A stretch of 64,000 nucleotides of DNA from Eledone cirrhosa (lineage: Eukaryota): assembly GCA_964016885.1 (NCBI GenBank), contig OZ024740.1:293136001-293200000 (forward strand), read 5' to 3'. Of the stretch, positions 26,890 to 42,688 are shown piece after piece; the first letter of the stretch is position 1, and each line of letters opens with the position of its first letter. Position numbers and translations under genes: made by a program. The notes under the pieces are model-generated. The model was not told where the DNA came from. It ran no database searches and saw nothing but the letters and a program-made list of their open reading frames with translations.

Positions 26890-27390
26890 CTGAGTTTCGT
26901 GTCTAGATGTATTCTTATTCTGTTTAGTACCCTTCTGTTGAAGATTTTAGCTGCAACTACTGACAAAGTAATTCCTCTGTAATTTGCTGTGTATCCCAGG
27001 TCACGCCTCTTGTGTAAAGGCACTATTCCTCCCTTTTTCAAGCTTTTCGGTAGATTTCCTTTGAAGGTCTCTTGGCTGATTTCAAGCAGCTCACCATTCA
27101 TATATACTTTCTATACTTCTGCTGGTATATTATCCAAGCCTGTAATTTTTTATTTTTGTTTTTGTGCCCTCTGATTTGCATCTTTGAACTCCTTCCTACA
27201 TTGCACAATTCCTGACACCAACAGGCAGTGGGTTAAATATTTCGTTCAAATATCAAGGGAGGTTGTCCAAATAACATATAAACACGAATGGTTTCAGATC
27301 AAAGAACCTAAGAGCTGTACTAACTTTCATTGACTTCAAAACGTCTTTTGACTCCATCCATAGAGGAAAGCTTATGTCAATCCTAGCTGT
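26890..27390. pseudogene. RTE RT fragments in opposite orientations
   Basis: Minus: IVPLHKRRDLGYTANYRGITLSVVAAKIFNR; plus (27280-27390): NGFR...LTFIDFKTSFDSIHRGKL. Confidence 0.75.
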
Positions 27391-27521
27391 ATATATATAT
27401 ATTAAAATATATGTTAATAAATATTTGTTAATAAATGTTTGCTCTACGGATCTTATATATTTGATATATATTTATCTTTATCGAGCCCTCTTTGGATTTT
27501 AGTCTTCAAATTTATTATTAT

Positions 27522-27557
<36 letters not shown>

Positions 27558-27566
<9 letters not shown>

Positions 27567-28114
27567 TAAAAAAATAATGAATAAAACAATGAAACAGTTC
27601 CTTATATTAAACAAAAAAAGTTCATTATTTAACGATCGTTTCTGGGATATATATGTGTTAGAATTGGCATGTATATTTAACAGATCTATGTACAAAATTA
27701 TACAAAATTATACAAACTATCAAAATTAAATATACATACCAACTCATATATATGCCGTCTTCAGAAATAATTATTTCTGAAGACGGCATATATATGAGTT
27801 GGTATGTATATTTAATTTTGATAGTTTGTATAATTTTGTATAATTTTGTACATAGATCTGTTAAATATACATGCCAATTCTAACACATATATATCCCAGA
27901 AACGATCGTTAAATAATGAACTTTTTTTGTTTAATATAAGGAACTGTTTCATTGTTTTATTCATTATTTTTTTAATATTTTATCTTGACTCTGTATTCCG
28001 TTTATCTTTCACCGAAAGTGATTTTTCATTGCATCTCTTCTTTCCATGATATCCGGATTACATTGAGTTCTTCATACGGATTGGACACTACCGTAAACTC
28101 TTGGTAGATTTACC

Positions 28115-28117
<3 letters not shown>
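27558..28117 (+). mobile_element. Fold-back element with about 210-bp arms and a long-stem-II HHR (27770-27917)
   Basis: attattt CTGAAGA cggcatatatatg...catatatatccca GAAA cgatcg TT aaataat; palindrome centre at about 27769. Confidence 0.8.
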
Positions 28118-28164
<47 letters not shown>

Positions 28165-28224
28165 GATATTAAATAAATGGAAACTATATATATTATTATT
28201 ATTATTATAATATATATATATATA

Positions 28225-28471
28225 TAATGATATTAAATAAATGGAAACTATATTTATAAAACCATATTTATTCTATTATATATATTTCAAGGGTACCAAA
28301 ACTTTGGTACGCTCTCATCAGATAAAATACAAAGTTTGTTTTATAAATATTGACATATCCAGGAAGAACATCTTAACGGTTCAAGGTTTTCCTGGATATG
28401 TTAATATTTTGTAAATCAGTTATAAACATATATATTTGTTGAATTACAAACAAATCAAATATTCCTTTTGC
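28225..28471 (-). mobile_element. F5 copy with HHR (28270-28328)
   Basis: attttat CTGATGA gagc gtaccaaa-gt-tttggtac cctt GAAA tatata TA atagaat. Confidence 0.85.
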
Positions 28472-28487
28472 GTGTATATATATATAC

Positions 28488-31558
<3,071 letters not shown>

Positions 31559-33114
31559 ATAGAGTGGGCTGGTTGCGTATACAGTCTTTGTTTCTGTTAT
31601 TTTTTTACTGCTCTCAGTAATATATCGGTAATGCTGGGACACCGCTTTGATAAGTTGATCATATCGACCCGAACACTTATTGTTTAAGTCTAGTAATTAT
31701 TTTATCGATTCCGTTTTTGGAACCAGTAAGTTACAGGACATAAATGAATGTTTCAACGTATGTTATGGTCAAGAGAAGTTGGTATTGTCTTTGCGGCAAT
31801 ACCCAAAATTCTAAAATATAGGAATTTTGTTAATGCATGTATGTGTTTATGTGTGTGTGAGAGAGGGTGGAGGTGTTTTGTTAGTTTTTTTTTTTTACTT
31901 CTGCTACGTCCGAATAATAACAACAATAGCAACAACAACAAAAATAGAAATAATAATAATAATTATTATTATTACCATTACCATTACTATCATAAAAAAA
32001 AACAATAATAATAAGGGGCCTCTGCAGTTTTCCGTCTGCCAAATTCCCCTCAAAAGGCATTGGCCAATCTGAGACTATAATAAAAGTCACTTGCCCAAAG
32101 TGCCACTTAAATATATACATACATATATCTATATATGTCTCTCTATCGATCTGTTTTAAGATAGATTGATATTTATATATTCAATCGGTCGCCTGAAATT
32201 TCAGGCTTTATGTCTATGTTAAAAGCCAGTGAATATTAAAAAGCGGTAATTTAATGTTTGTATTGTAGTTTCTATCTGCCTCTCATACAAACAATACACT
32301 CTGATAAGATCGTTCTAAAATATTTTCTTTCGTGCCAGAAGTGAGCTTTCTCTGCCAAGGTGTTTTATATATGTCCATCACATTTTCTTACTCTATTTCT
32401 CTTTTTCTTTCTATCTATCTGCGTCTGGTCCCAAAATGCTAAAGACGACAATACGTTTTTGTATTTCTAGATTGTTCATCTTTATTGAGTTGTAACCTAA
32501 ACGTAAGCACGATATCAGAAGTATCAGAGGAGAGTATATTCAATTAGAATTGATCAAGTAACTGACTTTTCTATTTTTTTATTTTAGTGACAAGATAATG
32601 GTGGAAGCGAAAGTTGACCTTCACATGATCAAGAATTAAAACAGAAAGATACATAACTAAATGCTGTATGCCATTTTGTCCGATGCCTGCTACGATCAAT
32701 ATATATATTGTAAACTTGCATTCACAACACTGATATTATAGAAGACAGAACTGGATGTTGCGCTTGCGTAATATCTAGGCTTAAAATGATAATTCAGAAC
32801 ACATCGAAATTACATAATACAGTAAAGAGTCTTATCTTCTGTTTCTTCACTTTTCTAATACAATATATCGATTAAATATATAGTCACAAGACCCTCATAT
32901 TTCTGGAGCCAATGAAAGGAATTGATATGCCGCCTTTTGGTCAGTTAGAAATAGCGTACAAATTTAACCTGCTGAATATAGCCACCATAAGTGGCGCCAA
33001 AATAGCAGATCGATAGAGCGCAGGATACAATGGATTACGATATTCAACTTTACCATCCTCACATTTTGGGATTGATGACTACAGTTCTTCTTCTTCTTCT
33101 ATTTCTTCTTCTTC

Positions 33115-33197
<83 letters not shown>

Positions 33198-34046
33198 TGC
33201 ATTTATCTTGCTTTATGTTTATACGAGTTATCACCAAGTCACAACCAGTGACCTCAAGAGACAACAAGGTCCGCCATGTTCAAGAAAGAACATACATATT
33301 CACACATGCATCCTTAGTGTTTAGACTTGTTATGTACTTATATTGACAGGATCTTCCTTAGTATATGGGCAGTTCCCATTAGTACTATCTTTTGTATTTC
33401 TCCTATACGCGGGTTTCCTGGGATTTGCGATAAGTAGTCGTTAGACCCCTTAGGAATCATTCGCAGAGCGCCCACAACCACTGGTATTGTTTTAGTTCTC
33501 AATTTCCACATTTTTCCAATTTCTATCTCCAGGTCCTTATACTTGCTCAATTTTTCAAATGTTTTTATAGATACATTCTTGTCTATTGGAACAGACATAT
33601 CAATTAGCAGGCATACCCTCCTTTGAAAGTCCTTCAATATTATATCAGATCTATTTGCATCTATTTTTCGGTCTGTTTGGATGCTAAAGTTCCACAAGAT
33701 TGAGATGTGATCTTTTTCAAGTATGGGAGGTGGTTGATGCTCCCACCAATTCTTTTGATGGGGCAGGTCAAAATGCTTACACATTATCCAATGTATGTAT
33801 TCTGCAGCTCTGTCATGCCTGTTTAGGTATTCGGTTGGAGCTATAGGACTGCACATTGAAATTATATGGTCAATGGTCTCTGGTTGTTTTTTGCATACAC
33901 GGCATAATGGGCTGCACCCATTTTTTATTATGTTGGCTTGGTAATTTTTTGTTGGCAGACACTGATCTTGTGCCGATATAATCAGTCCTTCAGTCTCCGA
34001 TTTCAGTCCAGAGGATGCCAACCACTGATGGGTTAAAGTTTTGTCA
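33198..34046 (-). mobile_element. R4/Dong-clade non-LTR retrotransposon, 3' fragment (CCHC and RLE)
   Basis: ORF 33338-34021: CRVC...ETIDHIISMC...RHD...DII...LLIDMSVP...KLSKYKDL; 3' end abuts (TAA)n. Confidence 0.9.
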
Positions 34047-34047
34047 A

Positions 34048-34078
<31 letters not shown>

Positions 34079-34092
34079 GTTATTGTTATTCC

Positions 34093-34317
34093 TTGAATCT
34101 CAGTCATTGATGTTGGTTAACTGGAAAGTCCGTTGGATTGAATATCAAGCCACTACCTGCAGCCTCAGATATTCAGGACGTATCGGAGGGTTCTTGCTGT
34201 TCCAAGCAAGCATGCCTTTTGAAGCGTTCCAAAAAGCGTGAAGGGGCCGATTTTCTTTAACCATCCCTGGAAACCTTTGGAGATAGTCCCCAGTGCGCCT
34301 ATGACAATCGGGATCAC

Positions 34318-34370
<53 letters not shown>

Positions 34371-36258
34371 CATTATTGTTCTTTGAGTCTGTCATTGATG
34401 TTATTTAACTGGAAAGTTTGTTGAAATGAACATCAAGCCGCTACCTGCAGCCTCAGACATTCAGGACGTATCCCAGCAAGCATGCCTTCTGAAGTGTTCC
34501 AAAAAGCGGGGCTGGACAAATCTTCCTTAACCATCCTTGGAAACTCTTTGAGATAGTACCTAGTGCTCCTATGACAATTAGGATGACCTTGATCTCATGG
34601 CAGTTCAAATCCTTTTTAACTCCCACTTTAAATCCCGGTAACGGTTAATTTCCTCCCTCTCCTTTTCTTGCACTCTCGTGACAAATGGGTAGACTACATC
34701 TACAATCAGGCACGATCTTTTTTCCTTGTCCCAAACCACCAGGTCAGGTCTATTGAGTTTTACTTTCTTGTCCGTCTGTATCCTAAAATCCCTCGGCACC
34801 TTCACCTGATCGTTTTCTATCACCGACTCTGGCTTATGCTCATACCACTTCTCAGAATGTGGTAAATTGTTTAGTTTGCATAGGTGCTAGTGGATCACAC
34901 TGCCCATCACATCATGTCTCCAGCCTTTAGAGTGAGACTGGGCTAGGTGTTTACACTCGGATACAATGTCAGCCACAGTCTACCCTCTCTCTCCCCACAG
35001 ATCCTACACAGTGAGCTAGCCTCCTCCTTGTCAATACGGTGTTTCACCCACTTCGTTCTGAGGCCTTGCTCTTGTGCAGCTATTACCATTCCTTCTGTAG
35101 CTTTTTAAAGGTCTCCTCTTTTTAACCAGTTCCATGTCTGTGGATCTCTAAATTCCGTTTTCTTAAAGAAGGTGCTATGAAGGGATTTTTCATGAAGGTT
35201 GCTCTTCCTCCTTGTTGTTATTTCCTCCTTGGACATCTCCTGGTCTATTGTCTTCTCCTTCAGTAAAATTCTGAGCATTGGCTCCCTACTGTCAGTCACA
35301 TATCTGTGCAGGTTGTTTTTCTCCATCTGAACACAGTCCTCTATGCTGATAAGACCTCTTCCACCTTCCACCAGATCTCTAAGTAGAGTCTATCGACATC
35401 ACTCCTCTTGTGGAATAGTTGTAGATAGTCAATAGCTTCCTAGTCTTCCTATCCATTTCTTTTTGTTCAGCAACATTCCATTTCAGAATTTCCGCACTGT
35501 ACCTAATAATAAACACAGCTCGGGAATTTACTGCACTTATGATATTCCTACTATTTAGATGTGATTTTAATACGCTCCTTACTCTCCTTATGTACTCAGA
35601 TCTTATCAATTCCTTCATTTTTTCGTTCTTGATGTCATCTGCCTCCAGACCACCTAAATATTTGTATCCCTTTTCAGTGTCAATTTCCTTTATCATCTCA
35701 CCTGTTGGTACCTGGATTCGGTTGCTTCTGCTCAATTTACCCCTCTTCATCACTAGGACTCCACACTTATTAATACCAAATTGCATACATATATCATTGC
35801 TGAAAATACGGACAGTGTCAACAAGTACATCCAACTCCTCACTCTTCCCAAAGAGTTTAAGATCGTCCATGAAGAGGAAGTGGTTGATGGTAAGCTCTCC
35901 TCTTCCCAACTTGTATCCTGCTCACACTTTTCGCAATATAACGGACAGGGGTATCAGGGTAAGGACAAACAGCAGAGGGGACAAACTATCTCCCTGGAAG
36001 ATACCTCTCTTGATCTTTACGCCTCCCAAGGATTCTCCACCTGATGTTAACTCTGTTTCCCAGGACTTCATACTTTTGCTCAACAACTGTCTGATGTTAT
36101 CTGCCACCTTGAAGATCTCTAAGCTTTTGGTTATCCAAGAATGAGGTACCATGCCGAATGCCTTTTTGTAATCTATCCATCCCATGGCAAGACCAATGTG
36201 CCTCCTCTTGCAATTCCTAATTACCATCTTATCAATAAGTAATTGGTCTTTTGTACCA
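34093..36258 (-). mobile_element. Second R4/Dong-like element, decayed, plus a diverged duplicate of its 3' end (34093-34320)
   Basis: [45 protein letters not shown]; both 3' ends abut (TAA)n. Confidence 0.9.
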
Positions 36259-36315
36259 CGGGTCTTCTTTCGGTATCCTTTCTGTTCGTCCGGTAAGAAG
36301 TTGTTTATGTGCAGG

Positions 36316-36475
36316 TGACGGTAGATTTCTGAATACGTTCAGAAATAGCTGTCGAAACGGCAGGAGCTCAGCCGTCGGGGTCCTGACTCTTTTCCTATTA
36401 TCCCCTCTACTACTCATAGTATCGTGTACTCTGGTGCGTTTATGGCCCACCTGGTTCCTTATCACACTTCCTTAC
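36316..36475 (+). mobile_element. Diverged F2 copy showing HHR stem II and stem III
   Basis: gacggt...atttctgaa-tacg-ttcagaaat...gctgtc GAAA cggc...gccg TC; CUGANGA not present. Confidence 0.6.
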
Positions 36476-37386
36476 ATATATATATGTGAGCGTGTGTGTG
36501 TATGTGTGTGTGTGTCTGGGTGTGTGTGTGTGTGTGTATGTGTGTTTGCATGTGTATTACTTAAAATGCGTGGCAACTAAGCATGTACTCTAATTATGGT
36601 CCAATTATGACCATCTCCCCGGATTGTTTTATATCCGTGGAGCTGCGTCAAAGTGATTCCAAGCTATGACTAGATTAGAACGAAATACGAGAGCTGAAAA
36701 CCAAATTTGAAATTTACAAATATGTTGATAAGTTGTTTCAAGTATAAGAAACATTATTCTTCAGAGTAGCTTGAAGTTTCACACAAAAAAGTTTGCATGA
36801 TGGTCCTTGAATTCCAGATATATCGTTAATACATTAATGTTTGGTACATTTGTAGTGATTACTTCTCTTCGTTAGTCAGAATTAATAAGACAATATTAAT
36901 AGATACAAGCACTCTAAATTCAACACCACTCAAGCTACCTGCTAAACAGTAAAAGCCTTCGGAAATTTCATATACTGTGCCAAAGTCCCCCACATCATGG
37001 AATACAGTATAGGCCTCACTGAGATTATCTTCAAATTCAGGTATATCCAGCACAACATTTCAATGAGATATGTGAAAAACAAGGAAGCACTACAACAGTT
37101 TTGTAGTTAATCTGTAGCTTGGGGTGTGTTTTGTCTTTATAATCAACAGGTGAAAGCAACGGATATATTTCAATTATATTTATTAGATATCATCAGCGAA
37201 TCATATTCAGCTCAGCTGAAAAGACTTAGGTGTAAACATTCTGAAGTAGAGGAGAAAGCAGTGGTACTTATTATAAAGCAATATACATCAGGAGATCGTT
37301 CAATGTGTTAAATACAGATACGGTAGTCTCCTATTTGGACTATATAGAGTTATGTACATTTATACATATATAAATATATTGTATAC

Positions 37387-37442
<56 letters not shown>

Positions 37443-37688
37443 GTTCATCCCTCTCATATATCCAATTATATTACACGCCTCGGAAAGATTCCCTTCTTCG
37501 AGCTATTTAATTGTAAAAGACTATTTTGAGTTTCTAACTCAATCTATGATATATATATACATTTTAAGCAAAGAATCGCTGCTTTCACCCTTAACGGGAT
37601 CTTCTTTGCTTAAACTTTAATGTTATTTTAATAAATATTTGCTCTACGGTTCTTATATATTTGATATATATTTATACATATATGTTTA

Positions 37689-37737
<49 letters not shown>

Positions 37738-39283
37738 ATGTATGTAGGGGTGTATATGTGTGTGTGTGTGTGTATGTGTGTGTGTGTGTGATGCATATAT
37801 CATGTTTCAAAGAAAAATAAGAGAATTATGTTAAATAATTTAAGCATTAAAAATTCTTTATTTACTGAAATGTTACTAACGTTCTTTTTGGTCAATTTAT
37901 TTAAATGTCTATCATCTCCCATTATGTCCCTGTCTCTCTCTTATTCTTTTTTTACCACTCTTTCTACCTGTCTTTTGTTCTCTACAGTACTTTCTCAGTC
38001 ATTTTATCCCCCCCCCCCCTCTCTCGCGCTCTCTCACGCTATCTTTTTCACTCCTATCTATCTCTGATTTCTATAATTTTTTTCTCCGTTTTCTTTCTCC
38101 AGACATTGTTTTTACAAACTCTATCCTTATTTACTTCTCCCCCTCTCTTTATCTCACCTCTCTGGTTCTCTGTGCGTTCGTCTTTTAATGAGTTTCTCAC
38201 CCGAACCAACGAAGTGAACTCATAAGATATGTCGATCTGCCAGAAATAGCAGCGAAATCTTCCTCAAATCACCCGCTGCCCTAATAGAAAACAATAAGGT
38301 GGTTCGAAAAACAAGCTGGGATGGTCCAGGCTATAATACAGTTGCACGTTCAGAACTAACCTGGGTTAAGGAACAACAAATGACGCCGTAGACTTGTTGA
38401 ATTCTATTTACTCTATTAACATATTTAATGCAAACCCATAACCCTTCTTTGTTTTTGAATATTTTTTATTATTAAGTTTTGCAAGTGTTCTGTTAGCGTC
38501 CCCACTTTACTTTCTGGGTTCAGGGCATGCTAGGGTTGATTTTGCTTTTCGTCCTTTCGTTGTTGATAAAATAATTACAAGTTGTTATTGTTGTCATTTA
38601 GTCTCATGATTCCCAAAAGGAGAGATCTCTTATACAAACATTCAAGCCATGACCATCCCATCTTTTTAAAGTTACCTAGGATTAGGGTATAGAATTTTAA
38701 AGACAGTTCAGTGTGATTTGAGGGGCTTTTTGTCTGTTAATTCTAGCATGTAGAACAACCAGCTAGAACTCGATCATTAGATTGAATAGGATGAGTAAAA
38801 AGGTGAGGTCCATTAAATTTCAAATGTATCACCACCACATAGCGTACTGTCTATGATGGATATCAATATTTCATTGTTCTTTGTGATTTTCCTTTCTTAA
38901 TCTAATTTACTATTATTAGCGCAGAATTCTACTGTGGCTGTTTGACATATAAGAAATACTCAAAGATTCCTCTAATCATAACTTAAAACTAAGAGGGAAG
39001 AAATGTGACCGTCACGCGCTAGTCGAGTATACCTTTCGCTAATATGTTTTATGTGACCATCTCATGGCGAGCTGATATAGTCATCCTCACGACCTCCTAC
39101 AAGCGACTCGCCGGAAAAGCCATGAAGTGACCGCTGGAATGAGAGGGAGTTGCATCTTAACATTTGTTTTGCCCTTACTTAGCCACCTCGGAAGAATATA
39201 AGGCAAAGTTGATCACAGCGGGTTCTGAACTCAGTATATAACAAATAACGCAAGGTATTGAGCTCAATATTTTAGTGACTCTG

Positions 39284-39380
39284 AGTTCAAATCCCGTCGA
39301 GGTTAACTTTGCCTTTCATCCATTCGGGGTCGATGAAATACACTGGTGTAATTGCTGGCTTTGTGCCAAAAGTAGCAACA
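39284..39380 (+). mobile_element. 5'-truncated tRNA-SINE with 19-bp target-site duplication
   Basis: caatattttagtgactctg at 39265 and 39379. Confidence 0.75.
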
Positions 39381-40514
39381 ATATTTTAGTGACTCTGTCA
39401 AGTCTTCATCATAAAACAGAATGAGGCTTCTAAGAACTCTAAATAAACGTGGAATGGTCACGCTTGGAATGTGTTTGATTATAGATCTATTTAATCAGGG
39501 ATGACTTGGGACTAAGCAGCAACAAGTGTGTTAATTCCCTCAACTACACTTCTCAAAAGTTAACAATCCACAATTTCCAACGCTTTCTTCTCCCTATATT
39601 AACAGCATGGTATAATTATTCCAAATGTTAAGAAAATATGTTATTGGACTAATAAATCAATATTTATTTCCCCTGCGTTAACAATCTAGTATTACTATTC
39701 CCTTTGTTAAGCCCACCACCACCTTTCACCACCACCACTTTCCACAGTATGGGCATTCCAGTATAATCAATACAACATTCTCCCATTGTGCCCAACTATA
39801 TCTCTCACCCTTGTTAATTGTGCAGTATCGCCAACGAACTATTATTTCATATGAATCTCTCAATAATACCGTCGGTATGACTCACAAGACAGACTCTAAG
39901 GGGCCACTCGACCTGCTAAATATAACACCCTTTTAAATTACACCCTACTGATTTAGAATAGGAAAAGATACGTTCAATCTTATAGATCAGGATATGTTCC
40001 TACAAAGTCAGAATGTTCATGTCTAGAATGTCTTAAGTCATATGTCTGCCCAAAAGGGGTTTTGTGGAGCGTAATACCAAGAAGAACATTATTTACTCAA
40101 CGCTAACCTTTCAGTATGACCAACACAACTTATTCGCATGTCAAACACCAAATTGACTAAAGTACCCCACCATGACAACCTGTTTATTTTAGAGTCAGCC
40201 ATCTGTCATTCCATTTACATCAAATACCCGATAACAATCATCTTTATTAAACTAACGAACACAGTTGTACACAATCATATATAGACGCAGAAGTGTATAT
40301 GTATATAAAGTGCAAAACCCCATACAAACACACACACACATTCATATATACATGCATACACACAAACACGCACACAAACACGCACACATATATACAAACA
40401 CACTCAGGCACACAAACACATTTAGTTACATATACATACAAACATTATCACGATCATATACATACATACACACACACATATGTAAATATACATACACATA
40501 CATACATACATACA

Positions 40515-40545
<31 letters not shown>

Positions 40546-40585
40546 GTACATACACACACATACATACACACACATACATACATAT

Positions 40586-40619
<34 letters not shown>

Positions 40620-40919
40620 CACACACATACATACTCACACACTCACAAAAAATGAAACAACTACGAATAAATTGTTTAATCATTTCAACCAGAAATGAAC
40701 AGTTCGATGTATACACCACCTAAACATAGGTTTTGTATGTATGTACGTGTCTACGTACGTACATACGTATGTATGTATGTATGTATGTATGTATGTATGT
40801 ATGTATGTATGTATGTATGTATGTACGTATGTATGCATGTATGCATGTATGTATTTATGTATGTATGGATACACACACACACACGCACAAAGACACACAC
40901 AAATATATATATTTAAATT

Positions 40920-40995
<76 letters not shown>

Positions 40996-42652
40996 CATAC
41001 ATACATATATAAACATGTACAAATACAAGTAGCATTGCATTCATATATAAAAACATATTTATATATATATGTTTATTTATTTAATTGATCAGAAATATTC
41101 TTTTAGTTACGGAACGAATATCATTTTTTAGGTAGGATACTCTCAAAAAGAATGAGACAGATTCGTGTATTTCAATGTATGCACATACAAATACACACAT
41201 ATATATATACATGTATACATTTATCTTAGTATATATGTATGTAAGTATGTAAGTATGTATGTATGTTAGTATTTATGTGACTATGTATGTATGCTAGTGT
41301 GTATTTATGTATGTTACTATGTATGTATGTAGTGTTTATGTATGTATGTATGTATGGATGTATGTATGTATGCATGTATATATGTATGTGTGTATGTATG
41401 TATATATCTATGTAAGTATGTATGTAAGTAAGTATGTATGTATCTATGCAAAGGGCAAGCAGAAATAACAAAGCGTATACATATAAATGTGTATTTATTC
41501 CATGTGCCTTCATTTGCAATAATATTAAAATACTGTTACTTACCAACGGGTGTTGTATTTGAGGAACTCATCGCGTCTCCTTTTTATGCACATCAATAAA
41601 AAAAATTCAAGCTGTTTGCTAGAGCAAGTATCACTATCCTTATAGTGGCGGGAAGCAACTTTCTCACTTGTAATACCTCCTGAGCAGAAAATTCAACAGT
41701 TGTGTGCGCTTGCGTAACTGTGTATCACTATAGATTTAATATATACATATTTCTTCTCCAGTCGTCTGTGTGTATGGGTGCTCGTGTACATATACGTACC
41801 AATCAGACGATGTATGTGTGCGTGAACCTGTGGTTGTATGTGTGCGTGACTGTGTGGTTGTATGTGTGTTGGTGCTTACATGCGTCCATCAATTGTCTTC
41901 ACTTATGAAAGCTTTCATCCGTACGAGTGGTTCATAGATATTATAGTTCTTGCTACTGGATCTAATAAATTTTATTGATTGATTCATATATTTCTTTACT
42001 ACTTTTCATATGAGGTTTTAATAATCGTCTTGAGTGTTTTAGTAGTACTGTTATGTTGAGTGGATTAAAATATAAAGATGTGTGAGCGTCACCAAGGTTT
42101 GGAATTTATCAAATAATATTTCATAAAATATATTATCTGGTTGAGTTCATGAATAATTTTTTAAACACTATATTTGAGGGAGGAGGGGTAATTAAATAAT
42201 TAGATATTTCCGAATTACTGGAACCAAGAACTGAACATATATTTTAAAGGTATAAAGAATTGGAAACAAATATAAACATTTCACTATTTCTCCTCCTTCC
42301 CTTTCTTTTTTTTTTTTTGTCTAGTTTTTTCTACAATATGAAAATATATCCTACTAATGTACTAATATATGCAGGAATCTAAATATTGTCGCTCTATTCT
42401 AAAACTCAATATTCGTTTTCAACTTTTCCTATTCGATAGCAAGTTTATAGCAGTAACAGTCCTGCCACTGTTGTAGTGAACCTTTGTGAATGAATATATT
42501 CGCTGCTGCAGCAGCGATAGCATTAACAGCATCAACAACCACAATAACGGCGGTAGCAGCAACAAGTAAACAGCAACAGCAGTTGCAGCAGTGTGTCTAT
42601 TCAATCAGTTGGCTGCTAATGGTAGAGACAGTATTCAGTTAACTACAGTCAA

Positions 42653-42688
<36 letters not shown>

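Noticed and set aside
36730-37080. Possible hAT transposase C-terminal relic (also 22800-23680)
   Set aside because: Heavily decayed with no decisive motif
37157-37202. CTGATGA...GAAA-tata-TC on the minus strand
   Set aside because: Stems I and II have only about 2 bp; could be chance in AT-rich DNA
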